Below the pieces are notes generated by a model that saw nothing but the letters and a program-made list of their open reading frames with translations, made no database searches and was not told the origin of the DNA. Source: an uncultured Verrucomicrobiae bacterium (GTDB taxonomy: Bacteria > Verrucomicrobiota > Verrucomicrobiia > Chthoniobacterales > UBA10450). Taken from it: a stretch of DNA of 64,000 bases. Where the stretch lies: NCBI GenBank assembly GCA_963801815.1, contig CAWDGJ010000003.1, positions 768,001-832,000 on the forward strand, read 5' to 3'. Within the stretch, counting starts at the first letter, position 1. Each line of letters begins with the position of its first letter. Position numbers and translations under genes: made by a program. Shown piece by piece: positions 60,266 to 64,000 of the stretch.

Positions 60266-61158
60266 ATACGGAACCATCAGGCGCGCCATCTCATCAGCAA
60301 CATGCGACGAAGCCATTTGCGTGGTCGCTGCGGCGTGAGTTGTGGGAAAACAAGTCGATTTATATAGCGCCGCTCATTGTCGCTGCGGTGATTTTGTTTG
60401 GAGCGCTGATCGGATCGGGGCATCTCCCCGATCGCAGACGTATGGCCCTGTTGCTCGATCCGGGACACCGGCGGGCGGCAATCGAGATGCCTTACAACAT
60501 TGCCGCGATGGTGATCATTCTCACCGCATTCATCGTCGGATTGTTTTACTGTCTTGATGCGCTTTACGGAGAACGCCGCGAACGCAGTATTTTATTTTGG
60601 AAGTCGCTGCCGGTTTCCGATCTCACAACCGTTCTTTCGAAGGTAAGCATTCCGCTGGTGGTCCTCCCGGCGATCATTCTGCCCATTATCGTCGTCACAC
60701 AATTCATCATGATGCTGATTAGTAGTGTGGCGCTAATGCAGAGTGGATTGAGTTCGACGACTTGGACGAATTTCAATCTTGTTCAGCAGTCGGTGATCCT
60801 GATTTACAGCTTAATCGTGATCGCGCTCTGGCACGCGCCGATCTACGGCTGGGCGCTGCTTATTTCGGGGATTGCGCGGCGCGCGACATTCCTTTGGGCG
60901 GTGATGCCGTTTATCGCGATCAGCATCTTTGAAAAGATCACCTTCAACACGACGTATTTTTTCTCGATGATGAAGAACCGCGTGTTTGGTGCCGGTGACG
61001 CAGCGTTCAATCTGCACGGCAGTTTTTCGATCGATTCATTGGCGCAACTCACGCCTGGCAGATTTCTGAGCGCTCCCGGCCTGTGGCTCGGGTTGATATT
61101 TGCCGTTGCATTTGTGATCGCCGCAATTCGACAGCGGCGTTATCGCGGACCGCTTTAG
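60262..61158 (+). CDS. ABC-2 type permease
   Basis: RRELWE, YCLDALYGERRERSILFWKSLPVSD; about 6 TM. Confidence 0.88.
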   Translation: MNTEPSGAPSHQQHATKPFAWSLRRELWENKSIYIAPLIVAAVILFGALIGSGHLPDRRRMALLLDPGHRRAAIEMPYNIAAMVIILTAFIVGLFYCLDALYGERRERSILFWKSLPVSDLTTVLSKVSIPLVVLPAIILPIIVVTQFIMMLISSVALMQSGLSSTTWTNFNLVQQSVILIYSLIVIALWHAPIYGWALLISGIARRATFLWAVMPFIAISIFEKITFNTTYFFSMMKNRVFGAGDAAFNLHGSFSIDSLAQLTPGRFLSAPGLWLGLIFAVAFVIAAIRQRRYRGPL

Positions 61159-61187
61159 GAAACGCTGAAAACTGAAATCTGAAACCT

Positions 61188-61919
61188 ATGCACCCCACCG
61201 TCAAAGCAGCGCGGATCGCCGGCCTCGTGTATCTAGCGATGATCCTCGTCGCGCCCTTCAGCCTGCTCTACGTTCCCGGCAAGCTCATCGTTCACGGCAA
61301 TGCGACGGCAACGGCCGAAAACATCCTGGCCCACGAGACGCTGTTTCATTTGTCGATCTTCGGAGACCTTATCGGGCATGTCATTTTCATCTGCCTCGGC
61401 ATCGCGCTGTATCGGTTGCTCAGCAATGTGAACAAGACATGGGCGATGTTAATGGTCGCGTTTGTTTTGGTCTCCGCCGCGGTTGGGTTTCTCAACACTT
61501 TGAATAATATCGGCGCGCTCATCCTCTTTCGCGGCGGCGAGTTTCTCGCCGTTGTCGATAAAGTACAGCGCGACGCACTCGGCTTCCTGTTCCTGCGTTT
61601 GCATAACCAGGGAGAATTCATTAACGAGATTTTCTGGGGCGTGTGGCTTTTTCCTTTCGGGTTGCTTGTGGTCCGGTCCGGATTCCTACCGCGCATCTTG
61701 GGCATTTGGTTGATCATCGCCTGTTTCGCCTGGGTCGCGCTCAGCATTACGGCACAGTTCTTCTCTGCTTACTACGGCGCCGCTTTTAATTGGTTGCAGC
61801 CGGCATTCTTCGCCGAAATGGCAATGATGCTCTACTTCCTGATCAGAGGCGCAAATGTCGCGCGGGTTCCGACTGCGACTTCAGTAGGCAACTCCGGCAT
61901 GCAGGCTACGCAGCAATGA
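61188..61919 (+). CDS. DUF4386 membrane protein
   Basis: ARIAG..YL, ATAENI..HE.LF, IFWG.W, SGFLPRILG, E...YFLIRG. Confidence 0.85.
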   Translation: MHPTVKAARIAGLVYLAMILVAPFSLLYVPGKLIVHGNATATAENILAHETLFHLSIFGDLIGHVIFICLGIALYRLLSNVNKTWAMLMVAFVLVSAAVGFLNTLNNIGALILFRGGEFLAVVDKVQRDALGFLFLRLHNQGEFINEIFWGVWLFPFGLLVVRSGFLPRILGIWLIIACFAWVALSITAQFFSAYYGAAFNWLQPAFFAEMAMMLYFLIRGANVARVPTATSVGNSGMQATQQ

Positions 61920-62656
61920 TACTGAAAGCCAAAGAATGGTCACCGAAAGCCAAGGCCCGACTGGCCGGTGTTTTTGAAGCGCTGGAAGGTTTCACGTCGT
62001 CTTGGGGGCAGGTGACCGTGCTCGGGCGGCTCATGGTGGTCGGCAATGCCGTCGCCACTGCAGATAATATCCTGCAACACGAAACGTTATTTCGATTAGG
62101 CTTCGCATCGTCCCTTCTTGGCGTCGTATTCCATCTCGCTTGGGCCTTTCTGTTTTACCAGTTGCTCAAGCCAGTGAATAGGAGCGTCTCTTTCTGTGCC
62201 TTACTCGTTATTCTTGTCTGCTGCGCCCTTCAGGCGATTACCGCGCTTTTTTATCTCGCGCCCTTACTCGTGTTGACCGCCGGGAGCTCTCTGAGCGCGC
62301 TTACCCAGGAACAGTTGCAGGCGCTGGCCTACATGTTTCTCAGAGTGAATGGCCTCGCCATGGATATCAACCTCGTGTTTTTTGGACTTTGGTGTGTTTT
62401 GACCGGCTATCTGATTTTTAAATCCACTTTCCTCCCTCGAATCCTAGGCGTCCTGCTGGCGATCGATGGTTTGGGTTGGATGATGTTTATGTGGCCGCCG
62501 CTTGGACACTCTTTGTTTCTCCCAATCGCAATCGCGTGTGGATTGGCCGAGATTCCACTGCAGTTGTGGCTGCTCATATTCGGCGTGAATAACGAACGCT
62601 GGAAAGCGCAGGCCGAAGCGGCTGCCGCGAAACTCCAAGGGTCCTCTCCTTTGTGA
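61916..62656 (+). CDS. DUF4386 membrane protein (second paralog)
   Basis: ARLAG, ATADNILQHETLF, FFGLW, STFLPRILG, E...WLLI.G; ATGA overlap. Confidence 0.85.
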   Translation: MILKAKEWSPKAKARLAGVFEALEGFTSSWGQVTVLGRLMVVGNAVATADNILQHETLFRLGFASSLLGVVFHLAWAFLFYQLLKPVNRSVSFCALLVILVCCALQAITALFYLAPLLVLTAGSSLSALTQEQLQALAYMFLRVNGLAMDINLVFFGLWCVLTGYLIFKSTFLPRILGVLLAIDGLGWMMFMWPPLGHSLFLPIAIACGLAEIPLQLWLLIFGVNNERWKAQAEAAAAKLQGSSPL

Positions 62657-63759
62657 AACTTAAACGCATCCTGAAATGGAGCGCAGTCGCGATCCTTCTC
62701 ATTCTGTTCGCCTGGCTCGAGTTCGCTTACTGGACGTCCACGAACGATTGCGACCGACAGGCCGGCGCGCCGGTTCACCCCATGAAAGCTATTCGTTACT
62801 GCGAATACGGCGCGCCGGATGACGTTCTAAAACTTGAATACGTCGAAAAGCCGGTTCCGAACGACAACCAGATCCTGGTCCGGGTTCACGCCGTTTCCCT
62901 CCGATTTTACGACGGCGGAATGCTGGAAGGCGGTGTCGGCAGACTCATCTTTGGACTTCGTAAGCCGAAAAACACAACTCCGGGATCTGACTTCGCGGGA
63001 ACGGTTGAAGCGGTCGGCCGGAACATAACCGAGTTCAAGCCGGGCGATGAAGTCTTCGGTGTCAGAGCGGGCTGTCTCGCGGAATACATTTGTGTCAGGT
63101 CCAGTGGAGCGATGGTTTTAAAGCCGGGCAACGTGACCTTCGAGCAAGCCGCGTCGATTCCGACGGCGCTTGTTTCCCTACAGGGCCTGCGCGACACGGG
63201 GCGGGTGAAAGCAGGACAAAAGGTCCTGATCAATGGTGCGTCCGGAGGCGTCGGCACATTTGCCGTACAAATCGCTAAAGCTTTTGGGGCGGAAGTAACC
63301 GGCGTCTGTAGCACGCACAATGTCGATTTTGTGAAGTCGTTAGGCGCTGATTACGTGATTGATTACACCAAAGAGGACTACACAAAAAGCGATCAGCGTT
63401 ACGACGTTATCTACGACCTGGTCAACAACCATTCCTTTTCGGAACGCCGCCGCGTTCTCAAACCCGGCGGGATCTGCGTGTTGGCCGGAGTAGGCGGATC
63501 GGGAATGCACGAAGAAACCTTGTCCCGGGTGGTTGGCGTGCTCACGACCTCTGTTCGTTCGAAATTTGCGAAGGAGAAGTTTGTTATGTTTGGCGTCGAC
63601 ATTAACAAAAAGGACCTCGGCGTTCTGCGCGATTTGACGGAGAGCGGAAAGGTCGTGCCCGCTCTCACCAAAACCTATCCGCTTACTGACACTGCCGCCG
63701 CCTACAAATATCTCGAGACCGGCCACGTCCAGGGAAAGATCGCTATCACGATCGAATAA
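62653..63759 (+). CDS. MDR-superfamily NAD(P)H quinone-reductase-like protein with an N-terminal TM anchor
   Basis: GSDFAGTV, FKPGDEVFG, NGASGGVG, GAD.VIDY, GKI; hydrophobic residues 9-26. Confidence 0.9.
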   Translation: MKLKRILKWSAVAILLILFAWLEFAYWTSTNDCDRQAGAPVHPMKAIRYCEYGAPDDVLKLEYVEKPVPNDNQILVRVHAVSLRFYDGGMLEGGVGRLIFGLRKPKNTTPGSDFAGTVEAVGRNITEFKPGDEVFGVRAGCLAEYICVRSSGAMVLKPGNVTFEQAASIPTALVSLQGLRDTGRVKAGQKVLINGASGGVGTFAVQIAKAFGAEVTGVCSTHNVDFVKSLGADYVIDYTKEDYTKSDQRYDVIYDLVNNHSFSERRRVLKPGGICVLAGVGGSGMHEETLSRVVGVLTTSVRSKFAKEKFVMFGVDINKKDLGVLRDLTESGKVVPALTKTYPLTDTAAAYKYLETGHVQGKIAITIE

Positions 63760-63766
63760 CTGGCGT

Positions 63767-64000
63767 ATGAAAATAAAACGCATAATCAAATGGAGCGCGG
63801 GCATAATTTTTCTCGCGTTCGTTGGCTGGGGCTTCGTCGCCTATTGGCTTTCGACTAACGACTGCGAGCACAGCGCTGCAACCCCAACTAACCCTATGAA
63901 GGCAATTCTGAACTGCGAATATGGAGTAGAGAACCTTCAGCTTCGCGACATCGAAAAGCCGGCGCCGAAGGACGATGAAATCCTGGTTCGCGTTCGCGCG
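63767..64000 (+). CDS. Second TM-anchored MDR paralog, runs off the window
   Basis: MKIKRIIKWSAGIIFLAFVGWGFVAYWLSTNDCEHSAATPTNPMKAILNCEYG...EKPAPKDDEILVRV. Confidence 0.88.
   Translation, partial: MKIKRIIKWSAGIIFLAFVGWGFVAYWLSTNDCEHSAATPTNPMKAILNCEYGVENLQLRDIEKPAPKDDEILVRVRA

Overview
64 kb of GC-rich bacterial chromosome. Gene content and intergenic repeat style suggest Verrucomicrobiota (Chthoniobacterales/Spartobacteria-like); this is an inference. Bases 1-9.7 kb hold a minus-strand surface-glycan cluster: wzt/wzm, a GT-C, an NDP-sugar C-methyltransferase, an epimerase, a GT2, DegT, a methyltransferase, a nucleotide-sugar dehydrogenase and a Nudix hydrolase, with two apparent +1 frameshifts, both at or near GTACC. 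The middle is mostly housekeeping: glnB, uppP, purA, uppS, hemW, udg, queA, opcA-zwf, an LMW-phosphatase-GlyA fusion, an lpxL-like gene, ispH, ku, accBC and thiE. Notable accessory modules: a Gfo/DegT/GT2/LAB_N amino-sugar operon; a tRNA-Arg-linked beta-barrel/cupredoxin/adenylate cyclase operon with a probable CTG start; a stand-alone PafA-like ligase with no Pup/UBact or proteasome gene in the window; and a YtrA operon ending in membrane-anchored MDR reductases. Intergenic DNA carries nested REP-like palindromes and 7-9 nt periodic repeats. No CRISPR array, rRNA, transposase or prophage was seen. All family names are by-eye motif recognition, not database results.
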